A DNA stretch of 64,000 nucleotides from Nannocystis bainbridge (GCF_028368995.1 NZ_JAQNDL010000001.1:2624001-2688000), one strand, 5' to 3'; counted from the first letter of the stretch, positions 18,687 to 29,074 are shown. Made by a program: numbers and translations. The notes: generated from the letters alone by a model not told the origin.

Positions 18687-21266
18687 TCAGCGCTCGCGGT
18701 CGCGCCGCGCCAGCACCACCGCCGCGATGCCGACGCACAGCGCCGTGTACGCCAGCAGCACGCCCCAGACCTCGAGCACGTGCGCGGTCGAGGGGTCGTA
18801 ATCGACGGTCGGGTAGACGGGGCAGCTCAGCGGGTTGCCGGGGATCGTGCAAGCGGCGAAGTCCCGCGGCGGCTGCAAATGGGTGACCGAGCCGAACGCC
18901 TCCATGGCCCAGCGCGCGCTGGTGACGTACGACAGCGGCGCGAGCCCGGCCGGCAAGGACACCAGCGCCATCGCCAGCAGCAGCTGCGGCACGAGCACCA
19001 GCGGCACCACGCTCATCGCCCGGTCGGAGGTCGTCGAGGTGCTCGACAGCAGGAGGCCCATGCCGAGCCCCGACAGAGAGCTCAAGAAGGTGGTGACCAG
19101 CAGGCTGCCGAAGAACCCCAGCCCCGCGACCCCGCGCACCACCGACACCGGCCCGTTCGCGGTGAAGGTCGTCACCGCCGCCGAGAAGTCGACCTTGGCC
19201 GCCAGCACCGTCAGCAGCACGATCGACTGCACGAGGCAGATCGCCGCCAGCACCACGAACTTGGCCAGCAGGTACGGGCCGATCCGCAGGTTCGCCAGCC
19301 GCTCGCGGCGGTAGATGGCCCGCTCTTTGGTCAGCTCGCGCGCCGAGCACAGGATCCCGCACCACACCGCGACCAGGGCGACGAGGAACAGCACCAGGCG
19401 CCCGTGCGAGCTCTGGAGGTCCTGCAGCGCGCCCTGGCGAGCCACGAGCACCAGGATCGCGCCGATGATCGGGGCCTGCAGCAGCAAGGTCGCCAGGTTG
19501 CGCCGGTCGACCGCCAGCAGCCGAATGTTGCGGCGGACCAGGATCACCCACTGCTGCCACGCCGACACCCGCGCCGTCTCCGGCCGGTCCTCCGGCGTGG
19601 TGCCGCCGACCTTCATCGCCGTCATCGTCATCGACGACCGGCTCTGCGTGCTGTGCAGCTTGCTCGGCTTGACCGCGGGCCCGCGCGCCTCGCCGGCCAG
19701 ACGCTCGACGATGTAGCGCGTGCGGGCGTCCGAGCGGCGGAACCGCAGCTCCCACAGCTCGGCCAGCGACGGCTCGCCGCGCTCGTGGGCCTCGCGCCAG
19801 CGGGCGTACTCGCTGCGCAGCTCGCCGAGCACCAGCGGGTGCGACTCGTGGGCGTCGCCCTCGACCTTGGTGTAGATGTCGGCGAAGTCGCCGCTGCGGA
19901 CCCCGAAGTGCTGCAGCGCCTCGGCCGGCGGCCCGAACCACACCAGCCGCGCGTCGGCCATGAACGCGATGTGATCGCATTGATGGATGTTGGCGGTCGC
20001 GTGGGTGACCATCACGATCGTGCGCCCGCCGTCGGCCAGCCGGCGCAGCGTGTACATCAGCCGCTTCTCGAGCCCGGGGTCGAGCCCCGAGGTCGGCTCG
20101 TCGAGGAAGAACAGGCTCGGGTCGGCCAGCAGCTCGGCGGCGATCGAGACCCGCTTGCGCTGGCCGCCCGACAGCTGGCTGATGCGCGTGGTCCGGCGGT
20201 CTTCGATGTCGACGTCGGCCAGCACCCGCTCGACCCGCGCCGCGATCTCGGCGTCGCCGGTGTCCTCGGGCAGGCGCAGCTGGGCGGTGAAGCGCAGCGC
20301 CTCGTCGACGGTGAGCGTCTGGTGGAGGATGTCGCTCTGCGGGACGTAGCCGACCTGGCCGCGGTAGGCGGCGAAGTTCGCGTAGTAGTCGTCGCCGTTG
20401 ACCAGCACGTCGCCCTCGCTGGCCCGGCTGAAGCCCGACAGCGCGCCGAGCAGCGTCGACTTGCCCGCGCCCGAGCCGCCGACGATCGCCACGAACTCGC
20501 GCGGCAAGATCGCCAGCGACACGCGGTCGAGGATCACCTTGCCGCCGCCGACCACCCGCACGAGCCGCCGCGCCTTGAGCTCGATCGCCCCGCGGTGGTC
20601 GTACGAATCGAGCGAGCGCCCGTCGTAGGCCAGCTTGAACGGCCCCACCTGAATGATGTCACCACGCGCCAGCTTCTTGCTGAGCTGGACCCGCTCGCCG
20701 TTGACGAAGGTGCCGTTGGCGCTGCCGAGGTCGCGCACCTCGTGGCCATCCGCCAATGCCCGTACGGTCGCGTGCCGCCGCGACACCAGCAAGCTCGCCA
20801 GCGTCAGCTCGCAGCCCTCGCGGCCGATCGTGACCTCGGGCTGGTCGAGCCGACAGCGCGGCACCGACTCGTCCGGCGGCGCCATCGTCCGCGCCAGCCG
20901 CTGGTAGGTCATCGTCACGAAGCTGCCGGTGTACGGATCGCCGACCCGCAGCACGTCGCCGTGGCGCAGCTCGTGCTCGGACACCTGGTGTCCGTTGAAC
21001 ATCAGGCTGCACGGCCCGCCGAGGTCGCGGACGCGATAGCCGTCACCGACGCCGGTCGGCTCGAACCGCAGCTGATGCGCCGCGACGAACTCGGCCTTGA
21101 CGACGATCCGGTTGTCGTCGGCGCGACCGAGGCGGAACGGCTTGCCGTCGAGCGGGTACGGCACCTCGCGCTTGTTCGGCTCGCGCACCACCAGCCGCGA
21201 CGCTTGCAGCCGCACGGCCCAGGTCACTTCCGGCGACGGTTCGTCGCTGTCGGGCGTCAGCTCCAC
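18687..21266 (-). CDS. FHA-domain ABC transporter (2xFHA + ATPase + ABC-2 membrane), Rv1747-like
   Basis: FHA motifs (IGR..VSRRHA..DLGSANGTFVNG); Walker A GGSGAGKS, LSGGQRKR, LDEPTSGLD; C-terminal TM domain; start uncertain (GTG 21266). Confidence 0.93.
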   Translation of the reverse strand: MELTPDSDEPSPEVTWAVRLQASRLVVREPNKREVPYPLDGKPFRLGRADDNRIVVKAEFVAAHQLRFEPTGVGDGYRVRDLGGPCSLMFNGHQVSEHELRHGDVLRVGDPYTGSFVTMTYQRLARTMAPPDESVPRCRLDQPEVTIGREGCELTLASLLVSRRHATVRALADGHEVRDLGSANGTFVNGERVQLSKKLARGDIIQVGPFKLAYDGRSLDSYDHRGAIELKARRLVRVVGGGKVILDRVSLAILPREFVAIVGGSGAGKSTLLGALSGFSRASEGDVLVNGDDYYANFAAYRGQVGYVPQSDILHQTLTVDEALRFTAQLRLPEDTGDAEIAARVERVLADVDIEDRRTTRISQLSGGQRKRVSIAAELLADPSLFFLDEPTSGLDPGLEKRLMYTLRRLADGGRTIVMVTHATANIHQCDHIAFMADARLVWFGPPAEALQHFGVRSGDFADIYTKVEGDAHESHPLVLGELRSEYARWREAHERGEPSLAELWELRFRRSDARTRYIVERLAGEARGPAVKPSKLHSTQSRSSMTMTAMKVGGTTPEDRPETARVSAWQQWVILVRRNIRLLAVDRRNLATLLLQAPIIGAILVLVARQGALQDLQSSHGRLVLFLVALVAVWCGILCSARELTKERAIYRRERLANLRIGPYLLAKFVVLAAICLVQSIVLLTVLAAKVDFSAAVTTFTANGPVSVVRGVAGLGFFGSLLVTTFLSSLSGLGMGLLLSSTSTTSDRAMSVVPLVLVPQLLLAMALVSLPAGLAPLSYVTSARWAMEAFGSVTHLQPPRDFAACTIPGNPLSCPVYPTVDYDPSTAHVLEVWGVLLAYTALCVGIAAVVLARRDRER

Positions 21267-21352
21267 GCAAGCCTTGTATTTGCAGGATCCAGCCGGCACC
21301 CGCGAATGTCAACGTTTCTGGGCAATTTCCCCACGATGTGTATGCTTGGGGC

Positions 21353-21925
21353 ATGACCACGAGGACCCAGATCTGTCAGACCCAGTCCCGCGTGCAGGCC
21401 CGGTCGGCCGTGAGCCTTGTTCCTCGCGGGCTCGTCCTCGCCGCCGCGCTCGTCGCCGTCGCCTGCGACGACTCCGCCGAGCAGCGTAAACCTGGCCCGA
21501 CGCCGGCGGTCCCCGCGGTCGACCGCACCAAGGACACGCCGCCGGCCGAGCCCAAGCCGACGCGCCCTGCCACCGGCGCCGACACGCCGACGAGCCCGAC
21601 CGCGACCGACCCGAAGCCCTCCACCGGCTCGCCCACCGACGTCGCCGCGGTCGTGCGCACCTACAGCGGCTGCTACAGCGATTGCGTCTCCGAGAAGAAG
21701 GCGACCAACCGCGAGACCTGCAAGCTGACCTGCGACGACGCCGCCGAGGCCGCGATCGAGAGCATGCCCGGCGGTCCGTCGAAGGAGAAGTTCAAGGCCG
21801 CGGCCGCCAGCTTCACCGGCTGCGTCAACTCCTGCTTCGCCGACAAGAGCCTCAACACGACCAACCGCGCCACCTGCGTGTTGACCTGCCAGGACGCCGC
21901 CGAGGTCGCCGCGATCGGCAAGTGA
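21353..21925 (+). CDS. Lipoprotein with Pro/Thr linker and duplicated Cys-rich helical repeat
   Basis: Lipobox AVAC; two C-x3-C...TNR.TC.LTC repeats; TATGCT 6 nt upstream of the ATG. Confidence 0.8.
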   Translation: MTTRTQICQTQSRVQARSAVSLVPRGLVLAAALVAVACDDSAEQRKPGPTPAVPAVDRTKDTPPAEPKPTRPATGADTPTSPTATDPKPSTGSPTDVAAVVRTYSGCYSDCVSEKKATNRETCKLTCDDAAEAAIESMPGGPSKEKFKAAAASFTGCVNSCFADKSLNTTNRATCVLTCQDAAEVAAIGK

Positions 21926-21942
21926 CCTCCGGCGCAGCGCGC

Positions 21943-22938
21943 TCAAAACCGCGCCATCACGCCCAATCCGGTCGGCAGCACCCGCGCGCTCCGGACCGAC
22001 CGCGGCGCGCGATTGCGCACCAGCGCGACGATCCCCAGCGTCAACAGCACCGCCCCCGACACCGCCAGCGCCGCCCCGCCCCAGCCGGTGTTGAAGAGCC
22101 AGCGGCAGTCGCCGTCGGCGTCGACCTCGGCGCCCGTGCAGCGCTTCTTGAACGGCAGGTCGTCGAGCGCGAGCAAGGCCACGCCCGCGCCGAACAGCAG
22201 CACGCCGCCGCCGACCGCCGCCCCGCCGAGCGCCCGCTGCCGCGGGCTGCCAGGGGTGCGCTGCAGCGGGATCACGAGGTCCTCGCGCGCGCCGGCGACG
22301 AACGTCAGCTCGCGCTCCTCGGCGACGAAGCCCGGCATGGTCACGCGGATCTTCCGCGCCCCGGCGAGCAGCGGCCGCTCGAGCGGAGTGGTGCCGACGA
22401 GCTCACCGTCGACGTGGACCCGCGCGCCGCTCGGCCGGGTGTCGAGGATCAACATCGGCGGGCCTTGCCCGAGCGCGGCCAGCCGCGTCTGCAACAGGGC
22501 GCCCTGCGAATCCAGCAGGTCGGCGACCTCGCCGACGCCGCAGATCTCGCACCGCTCCTGCGACTTGAAGAGCACCGCGCCGGAGCCCGCGTCGACCAGC
22601 TCGAGCTCGAGCAAGAAGTCGCGGCTCTTCATCGTGATCGACGTGCGCACCAGGTGCGTCGCGCCCGCCTCGCGCAACCGCTCGAGCGCATCGCCGGCGC
22701 GGTCGGCCGCGTCCTGCTCGACCAGCGCGAAGCTGCCACGCCCGAGCCCGCGCCGCAGGCCCACGACCCAACCCTTGCGCGTGGCCTCGTCGACCTGCCC
22801 CTCGAGCTTGAGCGGCACCACGGCGATCCGCACCGATTCGGCCGGCGTCGCCGCGTTTTCGGCCGGCGCGGCCCTCACCACCCCGGCGGGCGGCATCGCC
22901 AGCAGCCACCCGAGAAGCACGCAAAGCGGGACCCGCAC
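21943..22938 (-). CDS. PEGA domain-containing membrane protein
   Basis: Signal peptide; LDTRPSGARVHVDGELVGTTPL..L.AG...IRVT.PG; C-terminal hydrophobic hairpin. Confidence 0.88.
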   Translation of the reverse strand: MRVPLCVLLGWLLAMPPAGVVRAAPAENAATPAESVRIAVVPLKLEGQVDEATRKGWVVGLRRGLGRGSFALVEQDAADRAGDALERLREAGATHLVRTSITMKSRDFLLELELVDAGSGAVLFKSQERCEICGVGEVADLLDSQGALLQTRLAALGQGPPMLILDTRPSGARVHVDGELVGTTPLERPLLAGARKIRVTMPGFVAEERELTFVAGAREDLVIPLQRTPGSPRQRALGGAAVGGGVLLFGAGVALLALDDLPFKKRCTGAEVDADGDCRWLFNTGWGGAALAVSGAVLLTLGIVALVRNRAPRSVRSARVLPTGLGVMARF

Positions 22939-23014
22939 CCCCGTACCCTAGCATCAACGCCCGCGCCCCAGTGCGCCCGCGGGGGCGTGCCCGCACCGCG
23001 CGAAATCGCGCACC

Positions 23015-25531
23015 GTGGTTCTCACCCCTTGTCCTGGCCCCCCTTGGCCGCCCACACTCGAAGCGCCCGCCCGGATGCCCGCGCCGCCCCGAGACCTGAT
23101 CCCGGCCCCGCTCGTGCCCGCCCCGCCGCGCGGCCCCGCGGGCCTTGCCGCGGCCGTCGACTCCTGGACGATCTCGTTCGACGAGCCGCCGGCGCCCGAT
23201 CGCCCTGACGACCGCGCCGTCACGCGCAAGGACCACCTCGGGCAGGCGCCACCGCCGGTCCGCCAGGACGACCGCGCCGTCACTCGCAAGGAGCTCAGCG
23301 GCCCGCGGCCCGACGCCATCACCCGCAAGGACGCAGGCCCGGGCGACGAGGCCCGCCCCGAACCAGTGCGCCCGCTCGCCGGCAAGACCGGTCGCGGCGG
23401 CCCCGGCCGCGTCATCACGCGCAGCGGCGCCGCGCAGGGCAACGCCGACAGCAAGCAGGTCCGCCTGTTGCCCGGCCGCCGGGTCCCCGGGACCCGCTAC
23501 CGCCTGATCCGCTGGCTCGGCGAGGGCGGCATGGGCGTCGTCTACGAGGCCGAGCACGAGGACATCGAGCGCCGCGTGGCCCTCAAGATCCTCCGCCACG
23601 AGGCCAGCGAAGACCCGCAGCAGGCGGCCCACTTCCGCGACGAGGCCCGCGCCGCCAGCCGGATCGGCTCGCCCAACATCGTCGAGATCTTCGACTTCGG
23701 CGAGCTGCCCGACGGCCGCCTGATGTTCGCGATGGAGCTGCTGAACGGCCACGGCCTCGACAGCGAGCTCGACAAGTGTCCGATGGACCAGGCGCGGATG
23801 ATCGGGATCCTGCGCCAGGTCTGCAAGGGCCTGGCGGCGGCGCACGAGGTCGGGATCATCCACCGCGACGTCAAGCCCGACAACATCATTTTGGTCGGCC
23901 ACAACGGCAAGGCCGATTGGGTCAAGGTCGTCGATTTCGGCATCGCCACCGTGCACGCCGAGACCGACGCCGGGGCCGCCGGCACGCCGCACTACATGGC
24001 ACCCGAGCAGGTGCTGGGCCAGAGCTTCGACGGCCGCCTCGACATGTACTCGTTCGGCTGCACCGCCTACGAGCTGCTGGTCGGCAAGCCGCCGTTCGTG
24101 GCGCCGACGATCGAGGAGATCCTCGAGCATCAGCTGGCCAAGACGCCGACGCCGCCGTCGGAGCTGTGTCCGCCGGGCTCGGTGCACCCGGCGCTCGAGG
24201 CGGTGATCCTGCGCTGCCTCGAGAAGGAGCCGGACCACCGCTACCGCGACATGCGGGACGTCGAGGCCGCCCTGTGCGAGGCCCAGATCGCCGCCGGCCT
24301 GCACACCGCCTACGACGACCTCGCGCTGCCCGAGGTCGACGCCGACCGCTACGAGCGGCTGCGCCGCGACATGCCGCAGCCGGGCATGATCCGCCAGCGA
24401 CGGCGGTGGCTGTGGCCGGCGATCGCCGGCGCCAGCACCTTGCTGGCGCTGCTGCTGGCGCTCGCGCTATGGAACCTGCGCCGCGCGCCCGCGCCGGAGG
24501 AGCAGCTCGCCGTCGACACCCTCGTCAACGACGCGCGGGCCGCCGGCGCCCGCGCCTACTGGGTCTACCCGCCCGAGGACGAGCCCCAGCTGACCGCGCT
24601 GCTGAAGATCCGCGCGCTCGAGGAGCTGCGCGGCGGGGCCCGCTCGCTGGCCAACGGCAAGGCGATCGAGCTGCGCGAGGAGTTCGCGCAGACGCTGGTC
24701 CGGCTCGGCGATCAGTACTGGGAGATGGACGGCGGCAAGCCGTTCGCCCGCGACTACTACATCCAGGCGGTGCTGTTCGACCCGAACGACGTCCGCGCCC
24801 GCGAGCGCTCCGGCGTGACCCCGGGCTTCATCTCCGACCTCGAGGACCGGGCCCTCAGCGGCGGCTTCACCCCGGCCGAGCTGCGCAACACCGGCGTGCT
24901 GGTGGCGCTCGCCGAGGAGGACACGAGCAAGCGCGACAGGGCGCTGCTCGACCTCGTCGACGGCGCCGACAACACGTCGCTGGTGATCGCCGCGTCGGCC
25001 GAGAAGCTGGTCCAGTCGACCCAGGCGCGGCCGAAGGGCGGGCGCCGTGCGAACGAGGCCCGGCCCGAGACGACCGCCGCCGAGCCCGGCGCGCCGCAGC
25101 CGTCCGCGGCCCAGCCCGAGCCCGAGCCGAGCACGCCGAGCAAGCCACCCGCGGCCGGCAGCAAGCGCGACGTCAAACAGTCGACCACGCTGGCCAAGGA
25201 CGCCCGCTCCGCCCTGGCCTCCGGCGACCGCAAGCGGGCCGAGACGCTCTTCCACCAGGCGCTGGCCGCCGACAACCGCAACGCGGTGGCGCTGATCGGC
25301 CTGTCGGACCTCGAGTTCGACAAGGGCGCCCACCAGCGCGCCGCCGACTACGCCGAAAAGGCGATCGCCGCCGCGCCGAAGACCGCCCTCTACCACCTCA
25401 AGCTCGGCGACGCCTACTTCAAGCTGCTGCGCTACGCCGACGCCCGCCGCGCCTACGACAAGGCCAAGGAGCTCGGCTCCCGCGACGCCGACGAGCGCCT
25501 CACCAAGCTCAAGGCCAAGCTCGGCAAGTAG
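23015..25531 (+). CDS. Ser/Thr protein kinase with TM segment and C-terminal TPR
   Basis: LGEGGMGVVY, VALK, HRDVKPDN, DFG, GTPHYMAPE; TM after RRRW; TPR helices; start uncertain. Confidence 0.93.
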   Translation: MVLTPCPGPPWPPTLEAPARMPAPPRDLIPAPLVPAPPRGPAGLAAAVDSWTISFDEPPAPDRPDDRAVTRKDHLGQAPPPVRQDDRAVTRKELSGPRPDAITRKDAGPGDEARPEPVRPLAGKTGRGGPGRVITRSGAAQGNADSKQVRLLPGRRVPGTRYRLIRWLGEGGMGVVYEAEHEDIERRVALKILRHEASEDPQQAAHFRDEARAASRIGSPNIVEIFDFGELPDGRLMFAMELLNGHGLDSELDKCPMDQARMIGILRQVCKGLAAAHEVGIIHRDVKPDNIILVGHNGKADWVKVVDFGIATVHAETDAGAAGTPHYMAPEQVLGQSFDGRLDMYSFGCTAYELLVGKPPFVAPTIEEILEHQLAKTPTPPSELCPPGSVHPALEAVILRCLEKEPDHRYRDMRDVEAALCEAQIAAGLHTAYDDLALPEVDADRYERLRRDMPQPGMIRQRRRWLWPAIAGASTLLALLLALALWNLRRAPAPEEQLAVDTLVNDARAAGARAYWVYPPEDEPQLTALLKIRALEELRGGARSLANGKAIELREEFAQTLVRLGDQYWEMDGGKPFARDYYIQAVLFDPNDVRARERSGVTPGFISDLEDRALSGGFTPAELRNTGVLVALAEEDTSKRDRALLDLVDGADNTSLVIAASAEKLVQSTQARPKGGRRANEARPETTAAEPGAPQPSAAQPEPEPSTPSKPPAAGSKRDVKQSTTLAKDARSALASGDRKRAETLFHQALAADNRNAVALIGLSDLEFDKGAHQRAADYAEKAIAAAPKTALYHLKLGDAYFKLLRYADARRAYDKAKELGSRDADERLTKLKAKLGK

Positions 25532-25537
25532 GCCGGA

Positions 25538-25584
25538 TGTCCCTCGGGACATGCCCGCTCGGGCATGTCCATGAGGACATGTCC
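25538..25584. repeat. 14-bp phased array (3.5 units)
   Basis: TGTCCCTCGGGACA / TGCCCGCTCGGGCA / TGTCCATGAGGACA / TGTCC between convergent stops. Confidence 0.9.
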
Positions 25585-25591
25585 CGCGGCG

Positions 25592-26506
25592 CTACTCGCC
25601 GACCTCGACCCGCCGGACCAGCATCGTGAAGCTCTCGAGCGCGTGGCAGCAGGTGTTGTACTGCGCCCGCTCGACGTCGATGGCGAAGCTCTCGCCGCCG
25701 CCGATCGCCAGCTCGCCGCGGTGGCCGGAGAACAGGCTCAGGGCCTGGCCTTCGAGCGTGAAGTCGAGCTGGTACGAGGTCTCGAGCGCGTCGAAATGGA
25801 CCGGGCCGCACGCCTCGGTGAGCTCGATGGCGATCGGCGCGAACACCTCGGGGATGAGGCCGCCGACCCGCGGCGCGAACCCGGCCGCCAGCAGGGCGTC
25901 GTCGGCGGCGGCGCGCAGCTCGAGCTGCTTCTCCGAGTAGACCTCGAGGTTCTCGAAGCGCGAGGCCAGCTGCACGTTGTCGCCCGCGGCCCACGCGACC
26001 TCGCCCTCGGGCGCGGCCGGCAAGATCAGCTTCGCGCTGCGCGGCACGTCGCCGTCGAGGCAGGTCAGCGTCGTGACCGACTTGCCCGCCTCCGTCGCCA
26101 CCGCGCCGACCGTGCACGGCAGGTCGACGTCGTGGTGGCCGTCCGAGTCGTCGATCTCCACCACGAATTCGGCCAGCGCCGCCGGGTCGCTCTCCGAGCA
26201 AGCGGCCGGCAGCTCGCCCTCGGTCTCTCCCTCTGTCTCTCCCTCTGTCGCGCCCTCCGTCGCGCCCTCCGTCGCACCCTCCGTCGCGCCCTCCGTCGGA
26301 TCGACGCCCGTATCGGTCGGCTCGGTCGCGCCTTCGGTCGCCCCTTCGGTCGCCCCTTCGGTCGCCCCTTCGGTCACGCCCTCGGTCGCTCCTTCGGTCT
26401 CCTGCGGCGCCGTCTGCGACGAGCCTTCCTGCGCGGTGGAGCACGCCATCGCACCGCAGCACAAACCCGTGAACACCCAGTAATTAAAGCCACGAAACGC
26501 AATCAT
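25592..26506 (-). CDS. Lipoprotein with TEGA-repeat stalk
   Basis: Lipobox AMAC; (TEGA)n repeats; Cys-containing C-terminal domain. Confidence 0.8.
   Translation of the reverse strand: MIAFRGFNYWVFTGLCCGAMACSTAQEGSSQTAPQETEGATEGVTEGATEGATEGATEGATEPTDTGVDPTEGATEGATEGATEGATEGETEGETEGELPAACSESDPAALAEFVVEIDDSDGHHDVDLPCTVGAVATEAGKSVTTLTCLDGDVPRSAKLILPAAPEGEVAWAAGDNVQLASRFENLEVYSEKQLELRAAADDALLAAGFAPRVGGLIPEVFAPIAIELTEACGPVHFDALETSYQLDFTLEGQALSLFSGHRGELAIGGGESFAIDVERAQYNTCCHALESFTMLVRRVEVGE
26219..26400 (-). repeat. 12-bp coding tandem repeat (TEGA/TEGE)
   Basis: ccctccgtcgcg / ccttcggtcgcc units in two blocks. Confidence 0.85.
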
Positions 26507-26636
26507 GCTGCCGGTGTAGCACAGGCGCGAGGGCCCGCAAAAGCCTGCAGCCGACGGTCACGCGATTTCTCGAGCGAGACATGCCCGCACGGTATGTCAC
26601 TCGCGCCATGACACGCCGGACATAGTGAACCATCGC

Positions 26637-26984
26637 TGTCTCGGAGAACATGTCTCCCGGGACATGTTATTCGCGCGCCGCCCTGGCGCACGCGCGCGCG
26701 CGCGCTCGCCTGTACGCACGAGCAGCGACCTCGATGCACATGTCTCTCGGGACATGTCTCGCGCGCCGTCCTGGCGCACGCGTGCGCGACCGGACGCACG
26801 AGCAGGCGACCTCGATGCACCTGTCTCTCGGGACATATGACTCGCGCGCCATCCTGGCGCTCTCGCGCCATCCTCGCGCACGCGTGCGCGCTCCATCCAC
26901 ATGTCTCTCGGGACATCCACCCCTGGCGCTCGAGCACCTCGCGTCTCGCCGCGCGCCTCGCCTTGCGACCTGTCCCCGAGGACA
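26637..26984. repeat. Intergenic 70-90-bp tandem repeat, each unit carrying TGTCY-N4-GGACA
   Basis: Cores at 26651, 26741, 26822, 26902, 26971; shared flanks GCGACCTCGATGCAC and TCGCGCGCC..CCTGGCGC. Confidence 0.85.
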
Positions 26985-27134
26985 TCCTCTCCGCCTCGCC
27001 CCTCCTCCCCTGCGCCCGGACCGCACCCGCGTGCGGCCCGTCGCACCGCCCAGGCCGCCCCGGTTGCCCTTCCGCACGCCCCTCCGGCCGCCTGCCGCGG
27101 CCTCCCCGCCTCGCGCGCTGCTACACTCGCGCGC

Positions 27135-28031
27135 GTGACCGCAGCTCCGGCCCCGTGGCTCGTCGTGCGTCGCCTCGGCGGACTCGTCCGCTTCAGCCAC
27201 ACCGTCTTCGGCCTGCCGTTCGCGCTCGCCGCGGTCGCGCTCGCCCACCGGCACGCGCTCGCGCACGGCGGGCCCGGCCTCGACCTCGGGCGCCTCGCGC
27301 TGATCGTGCTCGCCTTCACGGCTGCGCGCACCGCCGCCATGGGCTTCAACCGGATCGTCGACCGCCGGATCGACGCCGCCAACCCGCGCACCGCCATGCG
27401 CGAGCTGCCCGCCGGCCTGGTCTCGCTGCGCGCCGCCGTCCTGCTGACCGTCGTCGCCTCTGTGGCCTTCCTCGGCTGCGCCTGGCTGCTCGGGCCCGTG
27501 CCCCTGTTGCTGTCGCCGGCCTGCCTGCTGGTCGTGCTCGCCTACAGCTATTTCAAGCGCTTCTCGTGGGCGGCCCACCTGGTGCTCGGCGTCGCGCTGG
27601 CGCTGGCGCCCGGAGGCGCGTGGGTGGCCGTCACCGGCGATCTCGCCGCGCCCGCGACCCCGCTGTGGCTGATGCTCGCGGTCGCCACCTGGGTCGCCGG
27701 CTTCGACATCCTCTACAGTCTGCAGGACGAAGCCTTCGATCGCGAGCAGCGGCTGCACTCGATCCCCGTCCGCTTCGGCACCGTCGGCGCCCTCGTCTTC
27801 AGCGGCCTCCTCCACGTCGCCACCGTCGCCGCGCTGATGGTCGTGCACGTGCGCGAGGGCCTCGGCGTCGTCCACGGCGTCGGCGTGGCCCTGATCGCGG
27901 CGATCCTCGTCTACGAGCACGCGATCGTGCGCCCCGGCGATCTCAGCCGGATCGACAAGGCGTTCTTCGATCTCAACGGCTACATCAGCCTGGCTTACCT
28001 CGCCTGCGCCCTGATCGCCACGCTGCTGTAG
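27135..28031 (+). CDS. UbiA-family prenyltransferase (4-hydroxybenzoate octaprenyltransferase/MqnP-like)
   Basis: FSHTVFGLPFAL, ARTAAMGFNRIVDRRIDAANPRTAMRELP, YSYFKRF, GFDILYSLQD, AFFDLNG. Confidence 0.92.
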   Translation: MTAAPAPWLVVRRLGGLVRFSHTVFGLPFALAAVALAHRHALAHGGPGLDLGRLALIVLAFTAARTAAMGFNRIVDRRIDAANPRTAMRELPAGLVSLRAAVLLTVVASVAFLGCAWLLGPVPLLLSPACLLVVLAYSYFKRFSWAAHLVLGVALALAPGGAWVAVTGDLAAPATPLWLMLAVATWVAGFDILYSLQDEAFDREQRLHSIPVRFGTVGALVFSGLLHVATVAALMVVHVREGLGVVHGVGVALIAAILVYEHAIVRPGDLSRIDKAFFDLNGYISLAYLACALIATLL

Positions 28032-28091
28032 CCACACGGCGAATTCGCGGCTGCCCACGACAGCCCCGCGCTGGCTCGAGCGCCTCCCCTC

Positions 28092-28562
28092 GTGCGACGC
28101 TCTGGCCATGCCGAAGCGCCGCAGCGGACCGCCGCAGCGATTCCGTCGCTGCACGACCAGGAGCTGACCGGCGGGCCGCTCGAGCAGGCAGTCCGCCTCG
28201 TCGTCTGTCCCCGCTGCGACGGCTGCGCCCGCTTCGTCACCGACTACGTCGGCGATCCGCCGCCGACGCGCAAGCGCCGGATGTACTGCCGCGCCTGCAG
28301 CTTCGTGCAAGACGAGCCGACCAGCGCCGAGCCGTGGCTGCGCACGATGTGCTGCGGCCACGTGCTGTGGGCCCACGACGCCGAGCACCTGCAATTGCTC
28401 GAGGACGACGTGCGCAGCCCGCTGCGCGAGCGCCTCCGCATCCGCCTGGGCGAACGGGCGCTGCTGGCTCGCCTGCCGCGCTGGCTCATCCTCGCCCGCC
28501 ACCGCGACGAGGTCTTGCGAGCCCTCGCCCGCCTGCGCCGCATGATGGTCGCTGAAGCCTGA
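28092..28562 (+). CDS. Zinc-ribbon hypothetical protein
   Basis: VVCPRC and CRACS pairs; WL..CCGHVLWA...HL..L and RLPRW....HR motifs. Confidence 0.7.
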   Translation: MRRSGHAEAPQRTAAAIPSLHDQELTGGPLEQAVRLVVCPRCDGCARFVTDYVGDPPPTRKRRMYCRACSFVQDEPTSAEPWLRTMCCGHVLWAHDAEHLQLLEDDVRSPLRERLRIRLGERALLARLPRWLILARHRDEVLRALARLRRMMVAEA

Positions 28563-29074
28563 CCCTCGCGCTCGCTGCGTCGCAACATGTCCATCGGGAC
28601 ATCTGCAACGATTCCCGTGCGCGACCTGGTGCGCCGGCGAATAAACCAGCGCTCGCCGTTGGGAAGAATGGATGCACCGGCACCCGATGTCATCCTTCGG
28701 CCTCACTGTCAGTTCCTCTCCCACGCGCGAATCACCGCCCGAGAGCGCCCGGCTCGCGAAAGCGCGTGGTCACGAGCCTCGGATCTCGAAAGATCCGCGC
28801 GCGTGGCCCCGCATCGTTCATCGCAGAAAAGGTGACGAGAGCGGCCGGTTCGCGCCAGGAGTCGCATGCACCGTTACTCCGGCCGCTCTCGTCGGGAGCG
28901 TGTGGCCCACCGTGTCCCGGAGGACAGCGGTGGCCACCTTCGAATCCTTGCACGAAGGGGACGAGACGCGGCGAGCTCGCAAGGAGGTCCTGGTCAAGCG
29001 AGCTCGCCGCGCTCATCGAAGGGGGTCGGGCCAGCCAGCGGCGATCGCGGCCGGGCCCGCAGTCGGTCCTGCGA

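Noticed and set aside
26637-26984. CRISPR array
   Set aside because: The 'spacers' are similar to each other, the cores are only 14 bp, and there are no cas genes; it is a tandem repeat.
27135-28031. UbiA/MqnP-like gene as dedicated vitamin K supply for the carboxylase-like locus
   Set aside because: About 10 kb away with unrelated genes in between; a housekeeping quinone role is sufficient.
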